From assembly GCA_011605725.1 (NCBI GenBank), contig JAAOZP010000005.1:1-59647 (forward strand): a DNA stretch of 59,647 bases, written 5' to 3'. Under the pieces are notes generated by a model. The model was not told the origin of the DNA. It made no database searches and saw nothing but the letters and a program-made list of their open reading frames with translations. The position numbers were made by a program, and so were the translations under genes. This document shows positions 27,753 through 38,459 of the stretch, piece by piece; the stretch's first letter is position 1; each line of letters starts with the position of its first letter. Source of the stretch: Nitrososphaerota archaeon. Its GTDB lineage: Archaea > Thermoproteota > EX4484-205 > JAAOZP01.

Positions 27753-29663
27753 ATGGCTGTTGAAGAGAGATCCTCGACAGAGCCGGAATTTAAAGGGGGT
27801 TTTTCGAGGATAACTATCATTACAATTCTCTACAGTGCTCTAGTTCTCATCCCTATCGTGATATTCTCATCTCTCTATAGCGGAGCCAGTATCGCCGGGG
27901 CAGCCCCGTACATAATGATTATCATAATCACTCAAATGTCGGTTTTGCTCGGAAGAAAGCCTTTCACCAGGCAGGAAGTTTTAGTTGCCTATGTAGCTAC
28001 GTCAGTATCTGCTACTTACACCGGTATGGGAGTTTACGCTATTTTTAACACCTATATGCGTTCAGCTCCAGGTATTAAAATTGCCCCTTACATACCTGAA
28101 TGGGCTGCTGTACAGTTAACATCCCCCGCATATCTTCAACGAACATTACTGCATCCAGACTGGATTCCTTTCATCATAGTCAATATGGGCACTACAGTGC
28201 TGTGGTACATAGCCAACATGTCGTTGGGACTGATGGCCGGGCAGCTCTACTATGATATCGAAAAGCTCCCGTTCCCTATGGCTTTAGTAGGTGTTGAAGG
28301 GGTGATAACTCTTTCTGAGAGAGAAGAGAAAAGAATAAGATACTTTACTTTGTTTCTAATACCGGGTGCTATTTTATCGGCTTTGATCTATGCGCTGCCA
28401 ATGGTTAGCGCGGCCATCACGCGTCGCACAGGCATAACGCTAATCCCTGTTCCTTGGAGTGATTTAACTATTTTTATAGACGCAGTCCTACCGGGTAGTG
28501 TATTCGGCATCTCTACTGATCCATTAGCCTTCGCTATGGGATTTGTAATACCGTTAGAAGTATGCGTAGCAATGCTTATCGGAGCAATCTCGGTGAGCAT
28601 AGCGGGCAATTCTATTCTTTACGGTTTCGGCCTCTTGCCTAGAGTCTATAGAGGAATGAGCATCGCAATGAATTATACATATGCTTACTTGGATTTTTGG
28701 GCAAGCCCAATGATAGGACTGGCCATTGCTGCTGCACTAACGCCTCTCCTCATTCATCGCGATACTCTATTGGGACTGTTAAGAAGTATGAAGGGTCTTA
28801 CAGCATCTCAGAAGTCAATGGGGTATGTTTCACCTTTACGTCTAATCACACTGTACGTTGCATGTAGCTTTGGAACCGTGCTAGTAACCCTATACCTTTG
28901 TCCCGGTTTCATACCTTACGCTCCTATAGCGATCATCATGGGTGTTGCATGGCCTTTCATATTCGTAATAGCTCAGGCAAGGGGAATGGCCGTATCCGGC
29001 GTGCCGCTAAACATTCCGTACATCTGGGAAGGGATTCTCGGCATGATTCCGTATAACGGGGTGGACATATGGTTCGCACCTCTTTACACCTCCAGAATGG
29101 TAGGCATAGGGTCGCCCACTGCGGAATGGGCAGGCACGTATGTCATGGCTAAACTAACCCAAACTAAAATTTCCGACATAATTAAAGCATGGTTTATAGC
29201 TCTTCCTATTACGTGGACTATGGTATGGATGTTTACTAGTGCTTTCTGGACACTGGCTCCCATCCCCTCAATGTTTTATCCGTTTACTGCTCAAACATGG
29301 CCTATGAATGCTGCTATAACTGATCTCTACATGTCTAAAACGTTCACGACAGCGTTAAACCCGTTATTGATTGGTGGTGCTGCACTTATAGGTGTTGTCA
29401 TGTATATCGTGTCAAGCCTTCTCAAATTCCCGAACTTCCTGATGGGATTTGTATTAGGAGCCAGTGGATACATTCCTGGGTCAGTATCTATATTTATCGG
29501 TGCCCTTTTGAACCGGTTTTTACTAAAGAGATTTCTAGGGGAAGAATGGAACAAATATAAAGCTGTTGCTGTCGCTGGCCTAACTTGCGGTGAAGGCATT
29601 ATACTAGGTTTATCCGCACTATTTACAGTAATATCAAATTCTCTTATGACCATTCCTTACTAG
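27753..29663 (+). CDS. OPT-superfamily-like polytopic membrane protein
   Basis: Many TM helices; TRQE, DIEKLPFPMA, APIPSMFYP, AGLTCGEG; related to 20133..22226. Confidence 0.78.
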   Translation: MAVEERSSTEPEFKGGFSRITIITILYSALVLIPIVIFSSLYSGASIAGAAPYIMIIIITQMSVLLGRKPFTRQEVLVAYVATSVSATYTGMGVYAIFNTYMRSAPGIKIAPYIPEWAAVQLTSPAYLQRTLLHPDWIPFIIVNMGTTVLWYIANMSLGLMAGQLYYDIEKLPFPMALVGVEGVITLSEREEKRIRYFTLFLIPGAILSALIYALPMVSAAITRRTGITLIPVPWSDLTIFIDAVLPGSVFGISTDPLAFAMGFVIPLEVCVAMLIGAISVSIAGNSILYGFGLLPRVYRGMSIAMNYTYAYLDFWASPMIGLAIAAALTPLLIHRDTLLGLLRSMKGLTASQKSMGYVSPLRLITLYVACSFGTVLVTLYLCPGFIPYAPIAIIMGVAWPFIFVIAQARGMAVSGVPLNIPYIWEGILGMIPYNGVDIWFAPLYTSRMVGIGSPTAEWAGTYVMAKLTQTKISDIIKAWFIALPITWTMVWMFTSAFWTLAPIPSMFYPFTAQTWPMNAAITDLYMSKTFTTALNPLLIGGAALIGVVMYIVSSLLKFPNFLMGFVLGASGYIPGSVSIFIGALLNRFLLKRFLGEEWNKYKAVAVAGLTCGEGIILGLSALFTVISNSLMTIPY

Positions 29664-29697
29664 GGTTAATCATGTGTTTGAAAATCGCCTTCTAAGC

Positions 29698-32600
29698 TCA
29701 AATAATTCTTATTGAAACGTAAACTGGACATTGTCCTGCCATTTTCCTTAAGAATACTTCCTTTCCAGCTAACCTTAAAACCTTTCTAAGCTCTACCACG
29801 GCTTCCCTATTCATCCCTAATCCAAGATAGGCTATTATCTTCCTGCAGCGTGCTTCCATAAGCTTTTTATCGTAATTCAAGGCGTTGAAATATTCCTCAG
29901 GAATTTCTCTCTTTAAGCTCGCTATTTCTTCCTCTCTTTTCATCGCTTCCTTCAACATGTCTTTAAACAATTCTAAAGCCTCCCTCTTTCTTCCAAGCAT
30001 CTTGAGGGCGAGACCCTTATAGTAGGCTTCGTCAATATTGAAAAACTTTTGAGTAAGAATACTTTTCCACATCTTCCTTGCCTTCTTCTTCTCCCCCATG
30101 AGAAGATAACACTGGCCAGCCCAGTACCTCTGTTTAGCCTCATGCCTATGCGGAGCATAAGGTGCCCCAACACCCAGATTCCTCGGGTATGTTAAAGCGT
30201 TAAGGAAGTCTTTTAAAGCCTCTTCATACCTTCTTCTGTTCACCCTCTCCAACCCTCTCCTCACATGGGCCTCTACGAACATCTCCCAGTAGCCATAGTA
30301 TCCTTCAGCAGGGGTGAAAGTGTTCTCCTCGAGTATTTTAATCGCTTCATCGTTTTTCCCCGTGTCGATGTATGCTGAGGACAATGCTGCCAGTATCGAG
30401 TCTTTCTTAATTCTGGTCCTCGCTTCTTCTAAGGTTTTAACAGCCTTTTCAACGAGTTTTGTCCAACGGCATACATCATAGTATTCAAGGTATAGCCTGT
30501 AATTGTCTTGATCAATGTCAATCGCTTTCTCATATTCCTTTAACGCTTTCTCATAATCCCTGTACAATCTGTTGTAAGCAAAACCAAGGTTCCTATGTAG
30601 GATTGAATACTTAAAACCGCTTTCCTCAGCTTTTTCCCATTCCCCTATCGCCTCTTCAAATCTTCCGAGCTGAAACAAGAGGTTTCCGAGATAATACCTT
30701 GCCTTAGGGCTCCCGGTGTTTTTGATGACGCTTCTAAGTATTTCCTCCTCAATCAACCTGTGTGGAAACACGCGGTCGGGATTCCTCAAATCCCCAGCCT
30801 GATAATGCTTTTTCATCTCCTCTGTTTGTTGAAGCCTCTCACAAACGAAGCCTAGGTAATAGTGGACCATAGGGCCATTAAGCCCCTTCGACACACCAAT
30901 CTCCAGGACTTTCTTGGCATCTTCATAAAAATTGATGCTGATGTATTCCGTAGCTGCTTCAAGGAGCTTCTGTTCTTCAGATAAAACGATCCTTTCGAAT
31001 TCAGGCTTGCCCTCTTCCGAGCAGAGCATGAGCTCAGAAAGCAACGGGTAGTAAAGCGGAAAGGCTTCCAAAGCCTTTTTAACGATATCTAAAGCTTCCT
31101 TAACCTTCTTCTGCTTCCTTAAGACTGCGGCGAGGAGGAATGTGCACTTAAAATCCTTCGAATCCCTCTCAACCACCTCCCTAAGCACCTCCTCCGCTTT
31201 CTCATACTCTCCATTTCTGATTTTTACGACTGATATCCAATACGAGGATTGCGAGAAGAACTTGGTTCTAGCCTTCCAGAGCTCTATTTCCGAGTTGAAC
31301 TCGTCTCCCAGCTTAAGGTAGCATAGCCCCAAATAATAATGCGCTTCACTGTAATCCGGGTCCCTTTTCAACGCTTTTTCGAGAAGCTTAACAGCCTCAG
31401 CGTACATGCCCCTCCGATAATAGATAGTGGCTAAGGAACACAATGCTTTCGAGAAACCCTCATCGACCTTTAATGCTTGTTTATACTTCAATTCTGCAAG
31501 CAATGGATTACCCATTCTTTCCTCCAGTTCCCCATCAATCCAAAGCTCTTCAGCGGTCTTTTTAGCATTGACGACGAGTTCGCTTGGACGGTAGTATACG
31601 GATTCGTCAATCTTCGTCTTATAATCCCTGCAATCCCAAGCTATGATCTCCACGCCTTTTTCATCAATGGCTTCAACCTTCACCTTTTTATCCTTGGATT
31701 CAAACTCCTTAACGAAAGGATCCGTGGGCGCCAAGTTGAGTTTCTCCTCGACAACCTGCCCACCAAGATGGATTCTGATAACGGAATTCGGGAAAACCTT
31801 CGTCACGTGAATCCCCACAGTTACTTTGAACTTTCCATTTTCAGGTTTGATGTCAACATATACCACGGCATCCTTGTTCGCATAGGATATTCCTCCTATC
31901 TTCGGAACGGGATACCACCATTCCTCCCATTCATCGAAATAATGAGGATCAACAAAGCCAACTATGCTCTGCGTCCTATACTTGCCGGATTGAAGCTCAA
32001 TGTATGGCACCCCTTTATCTGAAAGTATTGGCGCCCAGAAAAGCCCGTCTTCACTAGTTCCCCATGTGAACCTTTTCTTCCCAGGAATCTTGAAATGATT
32101 CGCGTACTGCACTACTCCGTAATGCATATTGTAATCGTAGTATCCGAAGAAATCCTCCTCAGAATCTATTATAAAGGCGTCGACGGCGAACTTGCAATTC
32201 TTATACCAGCTGACGTCAACACCGTCTCTTGTCACTGGAAACGTATCCTCTGTCAAGTGTTTGCCTGGTATGAAGACCCTGCTGCCCTCGGTAACCGGCT
32301 CAGCAGTATTCGTCCAGAAGTAGTATTTGGTTCGCAACACATCGTTGTTAAAAATTTTAACGGATGTTTCTAGAAAATGTCTACCCGGCCTCAGGGTGAG
32401 GCCTACCAAATAATACATGTTGGTGATGAAGTTAATGTTCCCTATGTAAACAGTTACGCCACCATCCTCCAACTCCTTAACTTTCCAGTCTACTGGAGAA
32501 AAATTGTCTGGAGTATGATGACCCCTGTCCAAACTGTTGAACTCTACTCCGTTAGCAATCCATGCACCTCTTAAAGCTATGTTGGCTGGCCTTATTATTT

Positions 32601-32880
32601 CATTGTAGTGAAACACATGGGCATTGTTAACCTTATCGTATAGGTCGTGCAGTCTTGCCCCAAGCGATGGTATTACCCTCATCTTTAGGTATTCGTTTTC
32701 AACCACTATACTATCGTAGGTAACCGGTTCAGGCTCATCGCTAAAATTGTTTAAACCAGTATAGGGGTAATATTGGAAAAACCTTGGTAAAGGATCTTCG
32801 TCAAGCACTCTATAGGTCTGTATCTCTACCTTCTCGTCATACCATTTGCTGGTCATGGATTTATAAACACATATTAACAC
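29698..32880 (-). CDS. DUF5107 domain and TPR-repeat protein (paralogue 1)
   Basis: VVENEYLKMRVIPSLGAR, FHYNE.I.P, GVEFN, YFWTN, PGKKRFTWG, PYIELQSG; TPR array; YPRNLGVG. Confidence 0.88.
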   Translation of the reverse strand: MLICVYKSMTSKWYDEKVEIQTYRVLDEDPLPRFFQYYPYTGLNNFSDEPEPVTYDSIVVENEYLKMRVIPSLGARLHDLYDKVNNAHVFHYNEIIRPANIALRGAWIANGVEFNSLDRGHHTPDNFSPVDWKVKELEDGGVTVYIGNINFITNMYYLVGLTLRPGRHFLETSVKIFNNDVLRTKYYFWTNTAEPVTEGSRVFIPGKHLTEDTFPVTRDGVDVSWYKNCKFAVDAFIIDSEEDFFGYYDYNMHYGVVQYANHFKIPGKKRFTWGTSEDGLFWAPILSDKGVPYIELQSGKYRTQSIVGFVDPHYFDEWEEWWYPVPKIGGISYANKDAVVYVDIKPENGKFKVTVGIHVTKVFPNSVIRIHLGGQVVEEKLNLAPTDPFVKEFESKDKKVKVEAIDEKGVEIIAWDCRDYKTKIDESVYYRPSELVVNAKKTAEELWIDGELEERMGNPLLAELKYKQALKVDEGFSKALCSLATIYYRRGMYAEAVKLLEKALKRDPDYSEAHYYLGLCYLKLGDEFNSEIELWKARTKFFSQSSYWISVVKIRNGEYEKAEEVLREVVERDSKDFKCTFLLAAVLRKQKKVKEALDIVKKALEAFPLYYPLLSELMLCSEEGKPEFERIVLSEEQKLLEAATEYISINFYEDAKKVLEIGVSKGLNGPMVHYYLGFVCERLQQTEEMKKHYQAGDLRNPDRVFPHRLIEEEILRSVIKNTGSPKARYYLGNLLFQLGRFEEAIGEWEKAEESGFKYSILHRNLGFAYNRLYRDYEKALKEYEKAIDIDQDNYRLYLEYYDVCRWTKLVEKAVKTLEEARTRIKKDSILAALSSAYIDTGKNDEAIKILEENTFTPAEGYYGYWEMFVEAHVRRGLERVNRRRYEEALKDFLNALTYPRNLGVGAPYAPHRHEAKQRYWAGQCYLLMGEKKKARKMWKSILTQKFFNIDEAYYKGLALKMLGRKREALELFKDMLKEAMKREEEIASLKREIPEEYFNALNYDKKLMEARCRKIIAYLGLGMNREAVVELRKVLRLAGKEVFLRKMAGQCPVYVSIRII

Positions 32881-33153
32881 ATTAATTAAGTTTTGGGTAC
32901 TCTATTTTTTATTCGCTATTAGCTGAGCACTACCTTTTGGATCGGAACACTAGTCGAGAAGATATACTTACATAAAGCAGGCCCTATCCTTTCCAGCTTT
33001 TCAATTCATCCCTTGATCAATTTATAGGTCCCTAGCCTAATCGCATTCATCTAACCACCTTAACTTGCTAAGGGAATAAATTTAACGAGAACTTTCAGTG
33101 CGCACAAACATAGAAGCCGCGGAAAAACATAATAGGTAGAAGGATGTAATAAG

Positions 33154-33615
33154 TTGCGAGTGAAAATGGTTGTGGAAAAAGAGTTAAAGTCGATAACTAT
33201 AAACACATTGGCTTACACAGTTCCTCCTAAAACAGCCGACAGGAGGTCTGAAAGCATTACTGCAGAAGAGGACATGCACATAGTGGCCATCGAACACTTT
33301 ATAGGGGTTAGTAGTGGAGGCTATCCTACTGATAATGGGCACGTGTTGTCAAAGAATCCTGACAACCCGTGGGTTAAATGGAGTGGAAAAGCTACTGGGA
33401 TGGAGCCAACCGAGGAGAAAGGTTATTTCGGATACTGCGGAAGGGACTACTACTCTGAAGTAAACGGTGTTAACGACGTATGCGTGTACGAATGCTTCCC
33501 ATCAGGCTATTTCCTCGTGAAAAGGGGCGAGAAGCTTTACATGCATTGCTACGCTGGCAACCCTACGAGTAAACAGGTTGTTTTCCATCACTGCGTACGC
33601 TTAATTTACTGGTGA
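33154..33615 (+). CDS. Hypothetical His/Cys-rich beta protein
   Basis: Intact 153-aa ORF on the opposite strand between the two paralogues; possible jelly-roll fold. Confidence 0.7.
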   Translation: MRVKMVVEKELKSITINTLAYTVPPKTADRRSESITAEEDMHIVAIEHFIGVSSGGYPTDNGHVLSKNPDNPWVKWSGKATGMEPTEEKGYFGYCGRDYYSEVNGVNDVCVYECFPSGYFLVKRGEKLYMHCYAGNPTSKQVVFHHCVRLIYW

Positions 33616-33911
33616 CCCATTAGTTGCAGGAGCGACGGTTTAAAAAGACGTACAAGCTTCTTAGCGCGCGAGTTTCATTACTTTTGTCATTTCTGCATAA
33701 GTATTTTTTAAGTCATAACAGATTTCCGTTCTCTTCAATGGAATAACAACCATGTTTTCTCTATCCGACTTCTCGTTATTACCTGGTAAGAGAATTTTAC
33801 TGAAGGAAAGCTATTGAAGCTTGCGCAATGCGTAGGCCATGCATGCAAATCATGCTCCTTAGAGACACAGCTCTGCAGAAGTTCCTATAAACTCTTCATA
33901 AAGCCAGGGTT

Positions 33912-36900
33912 TTAGTACGTGTCAATTCTTATTGAAACATAAACCGGCCATGATTTAGACATTCTCTCCACGAAGATCCCACTACTAGTTATCCTCAAGA
34001 CCTTCCTAAGCTCCTTCATCGCTTCCCTATTCCTTCTCAGTCCAAGATAGGCGATTATCTTCCTGCAGCGTGCCTCCACAAGCTTTCTATCGTAATTCAA
34101 AGCGTTAAAGTACTCCTCTGAAATTTTTCTCTTTATGCTGATTATCCTCCCCTCTTTTTCCAAAGCCTCCTTCAACGCACCCTTAAACAATTTTAAAGCC
34201 TCTTTTTTCCTTCCAAGCATTCTTAGGGCAAGGCCCTTGTAGTAAACCTCGTCAATATTAAAGAACTTCTGAATGAGGATGCTTCTCCACATCTCCCTCG
34301 CCTTCTTCTTCTCCCCCATCAGGAAATAGCATTGGCCAGCCCAGTACCTCTGTTTAGCCTCATGCCTATGCGGAGCATAGGGTGCTCCGACACCCAGGTT
34401 CTTCGGATAAGTCAGAGCCTTAAGAAAGCACTTCAGAGCTTCTTCATACTTCTCATTCTTCAAATTCTCTATTCCTCTTCTCACATAAGCTTCCACAAAC
34501 AGCTCCCAGTAGCCATAGTATCCTTCAGCAGGAGTGAAAGTGTTCTCCTCGAGTATTTTAAGCGCCTCATCACACTTCCCGTCGTTAACGTATGCTACGG
34601 ATAACGCTGCCAACACTGACTCCTTCTTAACCCTACCGCTTATCTTCTCTAGAGCCTCAATTGCTTTCTCAAAAAGACGAGCCATAGAGCAAACCTCGTA
34701 ATACTCGAGGTAAAGCCTATAGTTCAGCGGATCCATGGCGATCGCTTCCTCATACTCTTTCATAGCCCTCTCATAGTCTCTGTACAGCTTGTAATAAGCA
34801 AATCCAAGGTTCCTATGGAGGACTGGGTGTTTCAACCCATTCTGCTCTGCAATCCTCCATTCTTTGATCGCCTCGTCAAATCTCCCGAAGTGAAATAGAA
34901 GATTTCCTAAATAGTATCTTGCTTTGGGACTCGCTGTAATGGTGATAACACTCCTGAGTATTTCCTCCTCTTCTATCCTGTAAGGAAAGACGTAATCCGG
35001 GTTCTTTGAATCGCCAATCCGATAATGCTTCTTCATTTTATCTACCTGTTGAAGCTTTCCGTAAACAAATCCCAGATAGTAATGAACCATGGGTCCATCA
35101 AGGCCTTTTAAAACCCCTGCATTCAGAATCCTCTCCGCATCATCGTATAGGTTAGCTCTTATGTATTCAACAGCTACTTCCAAGAGCTTATGCTCCCTAG
35201 CTAGGACAACCCTTTCAAACTCTGGGCTACCCTCTTTCTCTGAGCACAGCATCAACTCTGACAGCAAGGGGTAGTATAGTGGAAAAACCTCTAGGGCCCT
35301 GTGAACGGTTCGCAGGGCCTCCTCAATCTTTCCTTGTTTCCTCAAAGCAGCGGCAAGCAGGAACAGACACCTGAAATCCATAGTATCTTTCTCTGCAACC
35401 TCTCGAAGAACTTCTTCGGCTTTTCCATACTCTTTATTTCTCATTTTGATGATGGATATCCCGTAGGATGATGGTGAGAAGAATCTCATGGACCTCCTGG
35501 CCTCCCAGAACTCTATCTCGGAGCTAAACTCATCTCCCAGCTTGAGATGACATAGACCAAGATAATAGTAGATCCCGTAATCTAGGTTTCTCTTCAAGGC
35601 CTCTTCGAGAAGTTTAGTAGCCTCACCATACTTTCCCTTCCGGTAATAAAGAATGGCTAAGGAGCACAATGCTTTCGAGAAATTACTATCCACTTTTAAT
35701 GCTTGCTTATACTTCAATTCTGCAAGCAATGTATTGCCCATTCTTTCCTCCAGTTCTCCATCAACCCAAAGCTCTTCAGCAGTCTTCTGTTTCTCAGCGT
35801 CGATGCTAAATTCACTTGGACGACGGTATACTGATTCGTCGATCCTTGTTCTATAGTCCCTACAATCCCAAGCTATGATCTCATTACTGTTTTCGTCTAT
35901 GACTTCAACCTTAACCCTCTTATCCTTAGACCTAAGCTCCTTAACGAACGGGTTTCCAGGCGTTAAATCGAATTCCTCTTCAACAACTTCCGCGCCTAAA
36001 TGAATTTTAATTTTAGCATTGGGAAAGTCCTTCGTCACATAAACCCCGATCATTATTCTGAAGGCTTTGTCTCCAGGCTTGGCATCAACATAAATCACAG
36101 CATCCTTGTTAGCATAGGAAATGCCATTTATCTTCGCGATTGGATACCACCATTCCTCCCATTCATCGAAGTAATGAGGATCAACAAAGCCAACTATGCT
36201 CTGCGTCCTATACTTGCCGGATTGAAGCTCTATGTAGGGCATGCCTCTATCCGAAAGTATCGGTGCCCAGAGCAAGCCGTACTCGCTGGTTCCCCACGTG
36301 AACCTCTTCTTCCCGGGCACTTTGAAATGGTTAGCATGCTGTACTAATCCATAATTCGTGTTGTAATCATAATACCCGAAGAAATCCTCCTCACAATCTA
36401 TTATGAAGGCGTCGACACCAAACATGCAATTCTTATACCAGCTGACATCGAGGCCCTCTCTAGTCACTGGGAAAGTGTCATCTACTGTATGCTTGCCGGG
36501 AATGAAGACTCTGCTCCCTTCGGTGACCGGCACAGCTGCATTCGTCCAGAAATAGTATTTGGCCCTCAGCGGGTCGTTGTTAAAAGTTTTGATGGTGGTT
36601 TCTAGAAAGGCCCTTCCAGGCCTCAGGGTTAAACCAACCAAATAGTATATGTTGTTAAAGAGAATAACATTTCCTATATAGACAGTTATGCTACCGTCCT
36701 CCCATTCCTTAACCTTCCAGTCCACCGGGGAGAAGTTATCCGGAGTATGTTCTGGCCTATCCAGACAGTTAAACTCAATTCCATCAGATGTCCACGCTTC
36801 TCTAAGGCCTATAACAGGTCTTAACACCTCATTATAGTGAAACACGTGAGCATTATTAATCTTATCGTAAAGATCGTGAACCCTCGCCCCCAGGGAAGGT

Positions 36901-37085
36901 ATTATCCTCATCTTTAAATACTCGTTTTCAACCACTATAGTTTCATACACAACCGGTTCAGGTTTATCGTTGAAATTGTTTAAACCGACGTATGGATAAT
37001 ACCGGAAGAACTTTGGAAGCGGGTCTTCATCAAGGATTCTATAAACTTGTAGTTCTGTTTTTTCTGTATGCCATTTGCTGTTCAT
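33912..37085 (-). CDS. DUF5107 domain and TPR-repeat protein (paralogue 2)
   Basis: Collinear full-length paralogue of 29698..32880 with the same motifs. Confidence 0.88.
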   Translation of the reverse strand: MNSKWHTEKTELQVYRILDEDPLPKFFRYYPYVGLNNFNDKPEPVVYETIVVENEYLKMRIIPSLGARVHDLYDKINNAHVFHYNEVLRPVIGLREAWTSDGIEFNCLDRPEHTPDNFSPVDWKVKEWEDGSITVYIGNVILFNNIYYLVGLTLRPGRAFLETTIKTFNNDPLRAKYYFWTNAAVPVTEGSRVFIPGKHTVDDTFPVTREGLDVSWYKNCMFGVDAFIIDCEEDFFGYYDYNTNYGLVQHANHFKVPGKKRFTWGTSEYGLLWAPILSDRGMPYIELQSGKYRTQSIVGFVDPHYFDEWEEWWYPIAKINGISYANKDAVIYVDAKPGDKAFRIMIGVYVTKDFPNAKIKIHLGAEVVEEEFDLTPGNPFVKELRSKDKRVKVEVIDENSNEIIAWDCRDYRTRIDESVYRRPSEFSIDAEKQKTAEELWVDGELEERMGNTLLAELKYKQALKVDSNFSKALCSLAILYYRKGKYGEATKLLEEALKRNLDYGIYYYLGLCHLKLGDEFSSEIEFWEARRSMRFFSPSSYGISIIKMRNKEYGKAEEVLREVAEKDTMDFRCLFLLAAALRKQGKIEEALRTVHRALEVFPLYYPLLSELMLCSEKEGSPEFERVVLAREHKLLEVAVEYIRANLYDDAERILNAGVLKGLDGPMVHYYLGFVYGKLQQVDKMKKHYRIGDSKNPDYVFPYRIEEEEILRSVITITASPKARYYLGNLLFHFGRFDEAIKEWRIAEQNGLKHPVLHRNLGFAYYKLYRDYERAMKEYEEAIAMDPLNYRLYLEYYEVCSMARLFEKAIEALEKISGRVKKESVLAALSVAYVNDGKCDEALKILEENTFTPAEGYYGYWELFVEAYVRRGIENLKNEKYEEALKCFLKALTYPKNLGVGAPYAPHRHEAKQRYWAGQCYFLMGEKKKAREMWRSILIQKFFNIDEVYYKGLALRMLGRKKEALKLFKGALKEALEKEGRIISIKRKISEEYFNALNYDRKLVEARCRKIIAYLGLRRNREAMKELRKVLRITSSGIFVERMSKSWPVYVSIRIDTY

Positions 37086-37160
37086 AATGTTAAAAAAACA
37101 TTAGCTATATAAAAACTTTATAGTTGCAAATAGATGCACGCTGCGCGCTTAGACTATTTA

Positions 37161-38459
37161 CTAAACTGTCAGCCTTTTTATAAGCGAAATGCTCTCTTCA
37201 ATCAGGATTTCTGCCGAGCCCTTCGCAAGCCTGTTCCACCATGTTGGAGTAACCTCGTACCCGCCCTGTTCATACGCCTCTGAGGTGGCTATGTACCCGC
37301 AATACCCATTCGCATAGGAGACGATGAGGGTTGGGCTCAGTGGAGAGCTCTTCTTGACGCGTATGCCGACTTCAACAAGGGGCTCACCCGGTATTCCAAC
37401 CAGTACCCCCCCACCTATTCGCAAGGCCTGCAACGTTGTTTCAACCGTCTTCTCCAACGGCATTTCACGAATCATTCTCAGGTTTTTCTCATAATAATTT
37501 AGAATAGCCTTGTTCCTCATTATTGTTTCAGCATCCGCGTTTCTAGCCTCAAGCTGAGAAACATGTTTCTCCTGGTTTTCAAACAGCTTGCGGGCTGTCT
37601 CCATGGAGGGCTCCGCCAGCGGTAGCGTAACTTTTTTCCCTGCAGTCTTTACAACCGGCTCCTCCTCTGTCTTGATGAACCTCATAGCGTTAAGGGCAGC
37701 ATACGCCACTATTCTTCCAACAGCTTCAACATCCTCAAACGTGCCTGGGCAAGCATACCCTAACGAGGTAAGGGGATTAATGTCTCCATCCGCCCCGTTC
37801 GTGAAAAGAGCCACATGGTTAGCGTTTAGCCTCGACTCGATTATTCTCGAAACTACGCCAGGATAGTCTGCTGAAATAAGGTAGTTCGTATCTCCCAGCA
37901 CAACACCGTGGCACGCGTAATTCACAAGTGAGGCAATCGGGCTGCCGGATTCCTCTGTGACGAGTAGAACGCTAACATCCGGGTCAACAGGCCCATTGAA
38001 GAGCCTCCTGTTGAAGCCTACGATGGCTCTTCCAACACCCCAGCCGAGCTTCGCTCTTCTCGCCATTGCCGCCGAGTTTAAGCCTGCCGTCACCATTTTC
38101 TCGCGGAGAGTGCTCAGATAGTTTTCTAAGCCCGTTCCGGAAATATCTGCAGAAATGTCCGGGGGGAGCGATGGGCCAGAGTGGGTATGGGTTGCGGAGA
38201 TCATTATGGAGCTTTCCACAAGCCCAAGCCTACTGGCCAACTCCTTCTTAACTTCAACCGTCAGGGAGTCAGGGATGTTAAGCAGGTCGTTAGCGATAAG
38301 TAGTAGAGCGTTTCCCCCGCGCTCCAAGTATAGTGTTCTCGTGTAAAGCCTATCATGCACTCCCTCAGAACCCTTGTATCTCGCTGCGAAACCACCCATC
38401 TTGACGCCGACGGGCGGAGTAATATCCTCCTTCGACGCTCCAGCTCGCATGCAAACCAT
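37161..38459 (-). CDS. Neutral/alkaline ceramidase-family amidohydrolase
   Basis: DITPP, GVHDRLYTR, SATHTHSGP, NYACHG, ISADYPG, GADGDINP, PGEP, YANGY.GY, YEQGGYE. Confidence 0.88.
   Translation of the reverse strand: MVCMRAGASKEDITPPVGVKMGGFAARYKGSEGVHDRLYTRTLYLERGGNALLLIANDLLNIPDSLTVEVKKELASRLGLVESSIMISATHTHSGPSLPPDISADISGTGLENYLSTLREKMVTAGLNSAAMARRAKLGWGVGRAIVGFNRRLFNGPVDPDVSVLLVTEESGSPIASLVNYACHGVVLGDTNYLISADYPGVVSRIIESRLNANHVALFTNGADGDINPLTSLGYACPGTFEDVEAVGRIVAYAALNAMRFIKTEEEPVVKTAGKKVTLPLAEPSMETARKLFENQEKHVSQLEARNADAETIMRNKAILNYYEKNLRMIREMPLEKTVETTLQALRIGGGVLVGIPGEPLVEVGIRVKKSSPLSPTLIVSYANGYCGYIATSEAYEQGGYEVTPTWWNRLAKGSAEILIEESISLIKRLTV

Noticed and set aside
31477-36347. Plus-strand ORFs 31477..32022 and 36000..36347 sharing a peptide
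   Set aside because: Antisense shadows of the near-identical tract in the DUF5107 paralogues
29698-37085. Diversity-generating retroelement TR/VR pair
   Set aside because: No reverse transcriptase; repeats are in-frame parts of two full paralogues; no adenine-specific variation
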